The notes under the pieces were generated by a model. It had not been told where the DNA came from. It saw only the letters and a list, made by a program, of their open reading frames with translations, and made no database searches. The position numbers and the translations under genes were made by a program. Source: Candidatus Dojkabacteria bacterium (GTDB taxonomy: Bacteria; Patescibacteriota; Dojkabacteria; SC72). Taken from it: a DNA stretch of 64,000 nucleotides. The stretch spans positions 27,188-91,187 of the forward strand of contig JACPFP010000002.1 in assembly GCA_016182915.1 (NCBI GenBank). Direction: 5' to 3'. Below, in pieces: positions 19,791 through 29,271 of this stretch (position 1 is its first letter; every line of letters begins with the position of its first letter).

Positions 19791-22409
19791 CTAATACTTC
19801 TTCTTCCACTTTGCCAAAATATTTAATGCATCGAGAGGCGTAAGCGCATCCACATCAAGATTTTCAATCTCCTTAACCAACTCACTATCCTGTAACTGAA
19901 ATAATGGAATCTGCAAATCCTCCTTCCGAAGCGGCCTCTCTTCTTTAGCAACTTTAGAAATAACCGACTCACCACGAAGAGTGACCCCATCACTAAATAA
20001 CGATCCCTGTTCAAAACTCTCTAGAATTTCATTTGCTCTAACTATTATCTTTTCTGGAAGCCCAGCCATCTTGGCTACATAGATACCATAACTCCTGTCC
20101 GTTCCCCCTTCTACAATCTTTCTCAGAAATATCACAGTACCCTTTTCAACATCCTCCTCGACAAGCACATTGTAGTTCTTAATCCCTTTTTCAAAATTAT
20201 CGGAAAGCTTAAGAAGTTCGTGATAGTGGGTGGCAAAGAGAGTACGAGCTTCGATCTCATTCGCCAGATACTCGGCCAATGCCCAAGCAATACTAACACC
20301 ATCATAGGTACTGGTTCCTCTTCCGACCTCATCAAGTACTACCAGGCTATACTTAGTCGCATTATTAACAATATTTGCAGCTTCACTCATCTCCACCATG
20401 AAAGTACTTCGGCCGCGAGAAAGATCATCCGATGCCCCAACTCTTGTAAATATTCTATCAACAAGGGAAAGTTCACAACTTTTTGCAGGAACATAGCAAC
20501 CAATCTGAGCAAGAAGACATATGATTGCGACCTGTCTGATATACGTAGACTTACCCGACATGTTAGGTCCAGTCAGGATAATCATACGAGAAGTTTCCAT
20601 ATCCATCTGGGTATCATTCGAGACGAATTCCTCCTCAGATATTGATTCAACAACAGGATGCCTCCCACCCTTAATACGAATTGATCCCTCTGCCTGTCCG
20701 AAATCTGAAAGTATTGGTTTTACATAACTCCTAATATTGGCAAGGTGGGCAAACCCAGAGAGAACATCAAGTTTAGCAATCCCTTTAGAAATATCTTGGA
20801 GAAGTTTGATGTATCCCAGAAGCTCCTCTCTAATACCCTGAAATATCTTATACTCTAGTTCACCTAATCTACTCTCAGCATTTAATATAATAGATTCCTT
20901 CTCTTTAAGTTCCTCTGTAATATATCTTTCATTATTAACAAGAGTTTGTTTACGGATATAATCATCGGGTACTTTATCTTTATGAGTATTTGTTACTTCA
21001 ATATAGTATCCAAAGACTTTGTTAAAACTTATCTTCAAAGATGTAATTCCCGTTCTCGCCCTCTCCTTACTCTCAAACTCCCTTAACCATCCTTTGCTAT
21101 CTCCCGTGATTGATCTAATCTCGTCAACTTCAGGACTATACCCATTGTTTATAATATGACCTTCAGTGACGGATAGGGGAGGGTTCTCAAGAATTGCCTT
21201 CTCTATAATCTCAATCACGTTCTTCACTTTACCCAGACTTTCCGTATTTGCTAGATCCGCAATCAGACCGTTATCACTACCAAAAACTTCCACAAGTTTT
21301 AAGACCGCACGAAGGGAGTATTCAAGGGCCTTCATATCTCTAGCATTAGCTCTATTCATTCCGACCTTCCCAAGGATTCTTTCTATATCGTTAATCTCTC
21401 CAAGGACATCTCTAACCGTTTCTAGTTTTCCATTACTTTTTGTGAAGAAGTCTACGACTTTCAACCTGGCTTCTATATCATTAAGAGTTACAAGAGGATT
21501 AAGCACCCATGAATATAGAAGCCTCCTTCCCATTGTTGTTTTGGTATAGTCAATAACACTCATAAGGGAATCTTTATATCCACCGTCTCGATTATTTTGT
21601 ACGAGTTCGAGATTATGAATGGTTGATCTATCCAAAGTCATAGTATTGTTAATAACAAACTTTTTGGGAATCTCAATATGTTCTGCCTTAACTTTCTGAG
21701 TATCACTAACATATCCAATCAACATGGCGACGGCATTTACAGCAGGGTCTCCAACCTCAAGTCCGAAACCTTCAAGGCCCTTGGTTGAGTAGTATTCGGT
21801 AAGGAGGTTCGCACAGTATTTCTCATTTCCATATCCTTTATCCATCAACTGAACAGGAATATTGTTAAATACCAGGTTGGTATCTCCACTAATTACAAGT
21901 GCCTCTACAGGATCAAATGAGTTTAGTAGCGATTCAAATGTATCTTTCCCTACTTTGGTATTCACATAGAAAAGAGTACCTACAGAGAGGTCTAGGAATG
22001 CGGCTCCCATATCCTTCTTGTTTATATAGAAAGCACCAATGTAGCTATTTTTAACTCTCTCCATACTGTCGCTGTCTAGGGTTCCTGGGGTTACAATTCT
22101 TGTAACCGCTCTTTTTACAATTCCTTTTGCTAATTTAGGATCTTCAATCTGATCAACTATAACCGCACAATATCCTGCATTTATAATCTTTGGAAGATAC
22201 TGTTCAAGAGCATGATGTGGAAAGCCTGCAAGGGGAGTTGGGTCTGTATTACGGTCTCTTGATGTTAGAGTGATATTTAAAATTCTGGAACATAGTTTTG
22301 CATCTTCTCCAAATGTTTCAAAAAAATCTCCCATTCTAAAAAGGAGAAGTTTGTCTGGATACAGCTTCTTAAAACCAAAATATTGTTCCATCATAGGAGT
22401 CATTTGCAT
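19791..22409 (-). CDS. mutS: DNA mismatch repair protein MutS
   Basis: TPMMEQY, FRMGDFFETF, GPNMSGKSTYIRQ, STFMVEM, DEVGRGTST, FATHYHEL, SYGIYVA. Confidence 0.97.
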   Translation of the reverse strand: MQMTPMMEQYFGFKKLYPDKLLLFRMGDFFETFGEDAKLCSRILNITLTSRDRNTDPTPLAGFPHHALEQYLPKIINAGYCAVIVDQIEDPKLAKGIVKRAVTRIVTPGTLDSDSMERVKNSYIGAFYINKKDMGAAFLDLSVGTLFYVNTKVGKDTFESLLNSFDPVEALVISGDTNLVFNNIPVQLMDKGYGNEKYCANLLTEYYSTKGLEGFGLEVGDPAVNAVAMLIGYVSDTQKVKAEHIEIPKKFVINNTMTLDRSTIHNLELVQNNRDGGYKDSLMSVIDYTKTTMGRRLLYSWVLNPLVTLNDIEARLKVVDFFTKSNGKLETVRDVLGEINDIERILGKVGMNRANARDMKALEYSLRAVLKLVEVFGSDNGLIADLANTESLGKVKNVIEIIEKAILENPPLSVTEGHIINNGYSPEVDEIRSITGDSKGWLREFESKERARTGITSLKISFNKVFGYYIEVTNTHKDKVPDDYIRKQTLVNNERYITEELKEKESIILNAESRLGELEYKIFQGIREELLGYIKLLQDISKGIAKLDVLSGFAHLANIRSYVKPILSDFGQAEGSIRIKGGRHPVVESISEEEFVSNDTQMDMETSRMIILTGPNMSGKSTYIRQVAIICLLAQIGCYVPAKSCELSLVDRIFTRVGASDDLSRGRSTFMVEMSEAANIVNNATKYSLVVLDEVGRGTSTYDGVSIAWALAEYLANEIEARTLFATHYHELLKLSDNFEKGIKNYNVLVEEDVEKGTVIFLRKIVEGGTDRSYGIYVAKMAGLPEKIIVRANEILESFEQGSLFSDGVTLRGESVISKVAKEERPLRKEDLQIPLFQLQDSELVKEIENLDVDALTPLDALNILAKWKKKY

Positions 22410-22485
22410 AGCGATAGTATACAACATACACCTAGGAAACTTATAGTCATTTTGAGAAATTCCACAGGAGGACGGTATAGGCTAG

Positions 22486-22515
22486 TACGGCCCAAACGGT
22501 GAGGTTTGGGCCGTA
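22486..22515. other. Perfect 12-bp hairpin downstream of the lipoprotein gene, no U-tract
   Basis: TACGGCCCAAAC-GGTGAG-GTTTGGGCCGTA. Confidence 0.75.
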
Positions 22516-22544
22516 AATAACGCCTAATGTTTAAGTGAAAAATC

Positions 22545-23084
22545 TCAAGGGACGGTTGGGGCAGGGGTTGGAGTGGACATCTCGTAAGAAATACTATTTC
22601 CTATATATGATTCTTTGGAAATAGATTCCTCGTTTAGAAATACCTCTACAGAAACCTCAACCGAAGTATCCCAGCTTGCGTAGAAAGAATCCGCATCCTG
22701 TACAACCGTGATGTGGAGAGAATCCTCCAAAGCTTCACCAAAGGTTGTGCTGAGAGTGTTCTCCCCGATACAGAATGCCTCCAAAGCAACTTCCTCAATC
22801 TGCGTATCCTTCCCATTAGTGATACTCGCAATGAAATCGTGTCTCGAACGTAGACATGTGTATATTGGTTTATCGACTTCTGTCACTATCACAACGGAAA
22901 GCTCAACCCTCGAAGTTGTTTGGCTCCAAATAACGGAGTCTTGGACTTCAGGTGTTTGGGTAGCTGGCACCTCTGTCAGAATTTCTTCCGCAGTTGTCGT
23001 GGGACCTGGAGATCCGCCACTGCAAGCTACCAGTGCGAAAACCAAAAGAGCTGAACAAATTACAAAAAGCACATTCTTTCTCAT
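22545..23084 (-). CDS. Putative lipoprotein
   Basis: MRKNVLFVICSALLVFALVA|C lipobox, P/T linker; GAGGT Shine-Dalgarno 4 nt before the ATG. Confidence 0.75.
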   Translation of the reverse strand: MRKNVLFVICSALLVFALVACSGGSPGPTTTAEEILTEVPATQTPEVQDSVIWSQTTSRVELSVVIVTEVDKPIYTCLRSRHDFIASITNGKDTQIEEVALEAFCIGENTLSTTFGEALEDSLHITVVQDADSFYASWDTSVEVSVEVFLNEESISKESYIGNSISYEMSTPTPAPTVP

Positions 23085-23375
23085 CCTTACCTCACATTCT
23101 CCATATAGATAGTATGCATTCCTTTTTTCCCACCTTACTCATTTACATGAGCCGTGGAGGTAATGCGCCATTTTGTTTTCACAACGTGGCCTATCTAACA
23201 GGGGTCAAACACTAATCATTGTATTTTAGTATCTAAACCATATTAGATAGTTAATCTATTAGAAAACTTAAGACTTTTCTACCTTATTATTTTTTAATTT
23301 ACAAAGAGCAAACATAAAGAATAATTAATCCTCCTGTGGATTAAGAAGTGTAAAAACTTCTACTATATTATATCA
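23085..23375 (-). promoter_or_regulatory. Extended -10 promoter, boxA-like motif and structured 5' leader
   Basis: TGATATAAT (23367-23375), TGCTCTTTGTAA (23299-23310), several hairpins, multibranch element 23106-23197. Confidence 0.55.
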
Positions 23376-23414
23376 TCCTATAGTATCCTTATAAAGGAGA
23401 AATCAGAAAGACTT

Positions 23415-24017
23415 CTACTGTGTAATCTGTGTAGGATCATTGGCTTGAGGGAAGCCGAGTTGACAAGAAGCATCTAAAGATTCAACTCTGTCGAGTAAAA
23501 ACAAAGCATATTCCCCCTCTGTTTCGCCACTATTACTGATATCTGAAATATCAGGAGGATACATAGGAACACTCTTCGACCCACCTTTAGTAGGAATTAA
23601 ATATAACTCCACCATTACTAATTCTTCTCTTGAGCCAGCATGATAGGTGTGAAATGAATGTTTACTTGTGAAGCTAATAGGAATTGAGCCCGTAACAGAG
23701 CTGTTACCTTCCTTATAACTAAATTGAAGTGTCGCATCTACATAATCCTCTGGTGAATTCGAGTAGGAGAGTGTGAACATAACATCGTTAACCATTACAT
23801 TTACCCCTCCACCATAAGGAACTTCATGTCTATACCACCATTGATTTTCGTGACAAAAAAGAGGAATACCCGGAATAAGACCATCACCTTCTTCTGCTGT
23901 CGAAGGTGATTGAAAATTTGGTATATAAGCCTCTGGAATAGGGGCAGTGGAACCACCACAAGCATTGAACACCAAAGAACCTGCTATAGCTCCTAATATT
24001 ATTCCTGTCTTGCCCAT
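23415..24017 (-). CDS. Putative lipoprotein
   Basis: MGKTGIILGAIAGSLVFNA|CGG lipobox-like signal. Confidence 0.6.
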   Translation of the reverse strand: MGKTGIILGAIAGSLVFNACGGSTAPIPEAYIPNFQSPSTAEEGDGLIPGIPLFCHENQWWYRHEVPYGGGVNVMVNDVMFTLSYSNSPEDYVDATLQFSYKEGNSSVTGSIPISFTSKHSFHTYHAGSREELVMVELYLIPTKGGSKSVPMYPPDISDISNSGETEGEYALFLLDRVESLDASCQLGFPQANDPTQITQ

Positions 24018-24100
24018 TCCTACTTAAATATAAAATACTATAGGGCGTATTTTAACCTACAAATGGAATATTATCAACCAAAGTGTGAATTTACAAACCT

Positions 24101-26638
24101 CTATTTTCCCCCAAGAAGAATCTTAGTTTCTTGTTGAGAAACTAATTTTTTTGCATCAGCAATACTTTCAGTTACAGATATCCCATATACACCCTTCGAT
24201 ACACAATACTTTATAATATCCGTATTACTATTTGTAACTACAGAAAGCTTAAGCCGATTCTTTCTAGATGTAGCAACAACACTATCTATTACCGTATACA
24301 CACTCCCAACCGCTAAATCATACTTAGTTGTAGAATCTTCATAATCAATACCCTGCATCTGCTTTGCTATTGCTGGAGTATTCAAAATCAGTCCATCAAT
24401 ATCCGTATTTGCAATATCATCAAGGACGATTACTTCAGAAGGATTCTCTATAATTGCATAGATATTAAAGGTTGAAGTTCTTCTCAAACCAGAGGCCGAG
24501 ATACTCTTTTTGATCTCTCTCATCACAGAACCGTTAATAGGGGAGTGGACAGCAAGTGACACATTTCTGTTATGCAATACATTTCTTGTTCTTTTAACAA
24601 TTCTTAAAACAAGATCAAGAAGTTTTGCATTATCTAGGTACCTTGAAGTTCCCATTGTTTTTTCAGGAAGGGAACTCTCTTCGAACTCCTTCCCCTTAAC
24701 AAGGGCTTTGAATGATTTAATTGTATGTTCGCCAATAGAAAGGACGACCTCATTTGGAGAAGCGACCGAAGCTACAGCGTCTATCTTCTTCGCAATTGAG
24801 TCCGCATACTCCTTATACTTTTTGTCAGCGACATATGCTAATGGATGTCTTCCATCCTCAATCATCAACTGATCAAGAGATAGGTACATAACCCCGTCGC
24901 TGTTTACAACCTCATCTAAATTTGAAAGGGAGGTGAATATTTTGGTTGCGGTATGTGGCAAATTTAGATCTCTTTCGTGAACGTAAGCGTTTGTGACATT
25001 ATCAGATACAGGAACTTCCTCAATCACTGGTGCAACAGGCATTTCAACAATATGATTTAGCTTTTCAGTAATTCCATCTGCAACCGCTTGCTGCTCACCC
25101 TTCGCTTTATCCACTAGATATACCGACCCACTATTTCCATCCATCTTTATGATATCTCCGCTTGAGAGCATAGTTGTCCCTACAATACTACCAACAACAG
25201 CAGGAATATTTAATTCTCGACAGACGATAGAGATATCACTGGTGAGACCGCCGGTATCTAGGATAACTCCACCTGCTTTTGAGACAACCTCGTACATCTC
25301 CTTCTCATACCTCTTCATAACAAGAATGACATCCTTAGTTACAGGCACATCCTCACCCGCATACATTTTTACAGTACCTTGCGTAATACCAAAGCTAGAA
25401 CCAATGCCTGAGAACATAAACTGCTCCCCATCAATTGAAATCTTTGCCTTTGGAGGAACGGGGGCAGGGGACATGTCAACCTTAACTTCTTCAACCTTTC
25501 GCACTTTTTCAAATTCCTTCTCCATATATCTACCCGCTTCTTGTACAGCCTGTTTCTCCAACTCAGCACTATCATCAAATCTAGAGATTATCTCTTTGAC
25601 AACCTTGAAAAGGGTATCAGCAACAAAACTTCCATATCCAAACTGTACATTCGAAACAATACTCTGACTTGCGAAGGTATTCTTGGCTTGTAATATCCAA
25701 AGCCTTCCTCCACTTAATACCCACTCAATATCAAGAGCCTCACCCATCTGATCCTCTAATCTCATTCCAACCTTTGATATTTCAACAATATATTTATCTT
25801 CTAATTTCTGTCTATGACTCCATGCAGGGGAGATCTGAATCTTCTCACTTGTATTAACTCCACCCGATTTCAGTGTCCTAACTTTCATCCACTCTTGGGG
25901 AGCAATATGCTTTTCAACAATTGCAAGATCTTTCTTAAGAAGAACATAGGAGTCAGGGGTAATATCACCGTTTGAGATTACATCTCCCAAACCATACACA
26001 GCCTCCACACTCATCCTTGTCTGATCCTGTGTTATTGGGTCAATTGTAAAGACGACACCAGAAACCTCTGGCTGAACCATTTTCTGAACTACAATTGCAA
26101 GTCCAACTTCACTTAAATCTATATTTTCATTTACACAGTATTTAACAACAGAATCTGTAAAGACAGAGGCATATACCTGTTTAATAGATTTAAGGAGATT
26201 CTCAACCCCTCTAACATTCAACTGAGTATCGAAAAGCCCACTGAAGGAAACCTCAGGTCTCTTAGGAAAGGACACAGAGGAGCGAACAGAAACCCAGGCA
26301 TCTGTAAACCCTGAGAGCTTAGTGTAGTTCTTTATAATATCGGTAGTAACGTCCTGTTCTAGATCAAATCTTGAGAACATATTCGCAACATCTCTGTTCT
26401 CTAAGGTCTCTTTCATTGACTCAATCTCTTTCTTCTTCTCTCTAAATACCTTTGATGAGAACTGAAAAAATACCGCAGGGGATATTACGAAGAAATCAGG
26501 AACCGGAGAATCAAAATTATGGAGTTTGAAAAGACTAAGGCCCTTCCTTCCGGAGAGGTTTTCACTCACATCACTTAGGGAAACATCCTCAAAATGAGTT
26601 ACCAGTTTTTCACTCTTCTTTTCTTCTTCGCTATACAT
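24101..26638 (-). CDS. PEP synthase (PpsA)-like protein with degenerate catalytic residues
   Basis: ATP-grasp motifs GRKGLSL, VSVRSS, SFSGLFDT, VVQKMV, DIEW. Swivel domain reads GGLTSDISIVCRELNIPAVVG (His replaced by Asp). Pyruvate-binding barrel is eroded. Confidence 0.85.
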   Translation of the reverse strand: MYSEEEKKSEKLVTHFEDVSLSDVSENLSGRKGLSLFKLHNFDSPVPDFFVISPAVFFQFSSKVFREKKKEIESMKETLENRDVANMFSRFDLEQDVTTDIIKNYTKLSGFTDAWVSVRSSVSFPKRPEVSFSGLFDTQLNVRGVENLLKSIKQVYASVFTDSVVKYCVNENIDLSEVGLAIVVQKMVQPEVSGVVFTIDPITQDQTRMSVEAVYGLGDVISNGDITPDSYVLLKKDLAIVEKHIAPQEWMKVRTLKSGGVNTSEKIQISPAWSHRQKLEDKYIVEISKVGMRLEDQMGEALDIEWVLSGGRLWILQAKNTFASQSIVSNVQFGYGSFVADTLFKVVKEIISRFDDSAELEKQAVQEAGRYMEKEFEKVRKVEEVKVDMSPAPVPPKAKISIDGEQFMFSGIGSSFGITQGTVKMYAGEDVPVTKDVILVMKRYEKEMYEVVSKAGGVILDTGGLTSDISIVCRELNIPAVVGSIVGTTMLSSGDIIKMDGNSGSVYLVDKAKGEQQAVADGITEKLNHIVEMPVAPVIEEVPVSDNVTNAYVHERDLNLPHTATKIFTSLSNLDEVVNSDGVMYLSLDQLMIEDGRHPLAYVADKKYKEYADSIAKKIDAVASVASPNEVVLSIGEHTIKSFKALVKGKEFEESSLPEKTMGTSRYLDNAKLLDLVLRIVKRTRNVLHNRNVSLAVHSPINGSVMREIKKSISASGLRRTSTFNIYAIIENPSEVIVLDDIANTDIDGLILNTPAIAKQMQGIDYEDSTTKYDLAVGSVYTVIDSVVATSRKNRLKLSVVTNSNTDIIKYCVSKGVYGISVTESIADAKKLVSQQETKILLGGK

Positions 26639-26659
26639 AATGGGCAGTATAAATATATA

Positions 26660-27829
26660 CTAAACGATACCTTCTGCTTCTATTTTTTGCAAGTCTAAAT
26701 AGAAGTCATAACCTATCTGCAACAGTACTGCAACAGGGACTGAGAGCAATGCTCCAAGAGGCCCTGCAAGAGTAAAGCCGGAGACAACAGCCACTATAAT
26801 CAATATCGGTTTAAGACCAACAGCTTTAGACATAACTTTAGGAACAATAAGGGTGTTTTCCAACTGCTGTATCAACGCATAACCAACCGCAACAAATACT
26901 GCACTAAGTGGGGAACCTGCAAGAAAAGCTACAAATATAGTTGGAATTGCAGATAACATTGGTCCTAAATTTGGGATTGCCTCAAACAACCCGGCCAGAA
27001 CTGCAAGTGGAAGAGCGAATGGAACGTGAAGTACCGTTAAGAGTACCCATGACATAGCCCCAATAATCAAACTGAGACTTGCCTGTCCTAGTAACCAGCT
27101 TCCTAACTTCTCTTCAACATCGAGGATTAACTTTCTGACTCTGTTTCTCTTTTTGGCGTTAAATATCCTAAGCATAATGACATCTACGAAATTATCATGA
27201 TCAAAGACAATGTATATAGACATAAGGAAAGATGTAATAAGGGAGAACACCCCACCCGCAAGACTTACGAGAGTACCCAATGCTGTCCTTACACTATCTA
27301 CTCCAAACTGCGTAGAGACATTCTCTGTAATCCAACTCACAATATCATTGGAGACATTCGAAAGAACACTCCTGTTTATCTCAAAACCAAAAGCATTGAA
27401 CTTCTGAAGTGCACTCTCAAACTTTAATATGAATCCGGGGATATCGGCAAGAAGTTTCTGAGTTTCTGCAACGACAGGGATAAAGACAAGAAGAATCATA
27501 AGTACAATGAGGAGAATACCAAAAAGGTACACAAGGGTAATAGATAGTCCCTTACTCACTCCTTTATTCATTAACCACCTTACGGAAGGGAGGGCGGAAG
27601 CGGAAAGAATAAATGCCAAGAAGAGAAGAACAATTACATCCAGAAGCTTTGATCCAAAATAAATAGCAGCACCAACAAGAAGAATCATAAGTACAGTCCT
27701 AAATGAGATGTCTACGGTAATAGTCTTCTTATGCATAGTTGCATAGTTATGAGAATTATCGTGACCATTTTCAACCTCTTTCACGTCTAGACTCTTTCCG
27801 GAAATTTTGGCGGAGAACTCTTTTGCCAT
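26660..27829 (-). CDS. AI-2E family (UPF0118) permease
   Basis: LGSWLLGQ, GLFEAIPNLGP, QQLENTLIVPKVMSKAVGLKP, GALLSVPVA. Confidence 0.9.
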   Translation of the reverse strand: MAKEFSAKISGKSLDVKEVENGHDNSHNYATMHKKTITVDISFRTVLMILLVGAAIYFGSKLLDVIVLLFLAFILSASALPSVRWLMNKGVSKGLSITLVYLFGILLIVLMILLVFIPVVAETQKLLADIPGFILKFESALQKFNAFGFEINRSVLSNVSNDIVSWITENVSTQFGVDSVRTALGTLVSLAGGVFSLITSFLMSIYIVFDHDNFVDVIMLRIFNAKKRNRVRKLILDVEEKLGSWLLGQASLSLIIGAMSWVLLTVLHVPFALPLAVLAGLFEAIPNLGPMLSAIPTIFVAFLAGSPLSAVFVAVGYALIQQLENTLIVPKVMSKAVGLKPILIIVAVVSGFTLAGPLGALLSVPVAVLLQIGYDFYLDLQKIEAEGIV

Positions 27830-27848
27830 AGTTTTCAAGGGTATAAAA

Positions 27849-28517
27849 TTACACCTCTATTTTGCCCTTTTCTTCAGCTTTAGTCAAACTACTTGTATTG
27901 AACATCTTCAATGTTATTAACCCAGCCCCAACTCCAAAAAGGATACCGGTTATAATCCTTTTTGAGATACTATTTACAAACGACATTGGGACAGAGGTTA
28001 TAGTGAGAACCTCAACAACCGATTGGGCAATTCCATCAATTACCATAGGGAGAGTTAGGAGGAAGGCAAAAAGGTAGAGTTTTTTCACTGAAATTACCTT
28101 CGTGACTGCGCTTCTTCTCATCAAGGCAAAAATGAGCAAGGTAACGGCATAGGCGCCGTAAAGAGCAATATCCCTAATGCATAAAGGGACTTTATATCCA
28201 ACAACATCATTTCCTACATAGTCATGCCCGAAATATTCAGGCCACTGATCACTCTCTGAAGTGGGGGGAAGATAGTTCTGATCTTTTAACTCCTTCACAC
28301 TGTAGAAACGAATAGGGGAGTCTTCTGAAAAAAGAAAAATTGATCTCTCAACTCTCTGATGACAGAAGTTCTCATATATCTGATTTATACTCCAACCGAT
28401 ATTTTCCATACCAGTTACATAGGCAAAGGGAGCCAGAAAAGGAATTAGGACATATAACCATACTATAATTGAGAGGATAAATAAGGGATTCTTTAAAATT
28501 CTTGGAACTTGTTTCAT
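27849..28517 (-). CDS. DUF2085-like membrane protein
   Basis: FCHQRVERS...PLCIRDIALY, LPMVIDG, RIITGILFG. Confidence 0.75.
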   Translation of the reverse strand: MKQVPRILKNPLFILSIIVWLYVLIPFLAPFAYVTGMENIGWSINQIYENFCHQRVERSIFLFSEDSPIRFYSVKELKDQNYLPPTSESDQWPEYFGHDYVGNDVVGYKVPLCIRDIALYGAYAVTLLIFALMRRSAVTKVISVKKLYLFAFLLTLPMVIDGIAQSVVEVLTITSVPMSFVNSISKRIITGILFGVGAGLITLKMFNTSSLTKAEEKGKIEV

Positions 28518-28563
28518 CAATATAATATACTTAAAAGATACTGATTATTATGCCACTAAAATA

Positions 28564-29271
28564 ATGTTAAAGTCACTCTTAAAATTCTTCTTCTCACACG
28601 ATTCATCTGACTCATCCTTTTATACTGTATATCAGAATATAATTAAATGGAGAAACTCGAAAGTATATCCTAATGACTACGATCTTCCCCAGTCAATATC
28701 TCTCCCATATGAATTCTGGGAGAGAGTGAAAGGATTACATAAGAATACGAGGGCTGATAAACTGGAAAGATCTGTATCAGTATATTGGGTTGATGGAGAG
28801 TTAATTATCTCTACTGTCACAACAGGAACAACCTCATTTGTGAAATCGAATTCTCAGATTAGGGTATCGTATAATCCAAAGAACAGTGAGTACTATAATA
28901 AAGAGGTAATTGTTGATGGGAAAAGATATTCAAGAAGAGAGGTGTACTTCAAAAAAGTTCCCAAACAGATAGAATTACAGTACCTATTTAATATGCACAC
29001 CCATCCTCCACATGAATATAATGAGAAAACATACTACGGATTTTTCTCAGCACAGGATATAAGGTCATTAATTGCGAGTGGTGCTATTGTAACAGGATTA
29101 ATTACAGATCATTTATACCTGCTATTCAGGACAAATAAAGTAGACAGTAATGTCAATGGACTTGAAGATAAAGATTTGAAAGAATCTACTATTACTCAGC
29201 AGTATAATTATGCTCTATATAAGGGAATTCACGGTAAGAAACTATATAGAGTATCTTCTGACCTTAGCTAG
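28564..29271 (+). CDS. Hypothetical protein with JAB/MPN+-like metal-binding motif
   Basis: E (LERSV)...FNMHTHP...FFSAQD resembles the JAMM E-x(n)-HxH-x(n)-SxxD motif. Confidence 0.55.
   Translation: MLKSLLKFFFSHDSSDSSFYTVYQNIIKWRNSKVYPNDYDLPQSISLPYEFWERVKGLHKNTRADKLERSVSVYWVDGELIISTVTTGTTSFVKSNSQIRVSYNPKNSEYYNKEVIVDGKRYSRREVYFKKVPKQIELQYLFNMHTHPPHEYNEKTYYGFFSAQDIRSLIASGAIVTGLITDHLYLLFRTNKVDSNVNGLEDKDLKESTITQQYNYALYKGIHGKKLYRVSSDLS

Noticed and set aside
23106-23197. c-di-GMP-I (GEMM) riboswitch
   Set aside because: It has a GAAA-capped hairpin and GGCGCA, but the GGCAAAC and GCAAAG core and the tetraloop receptor are not evident. Kept only as an unknown structured element.
24101-26638. Rifampicin phosphotransferase or functional PEP synthase
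   Set aside because: The domain order is PpsA-type (swivel domain central), and both enzymes need the His that is absent here.
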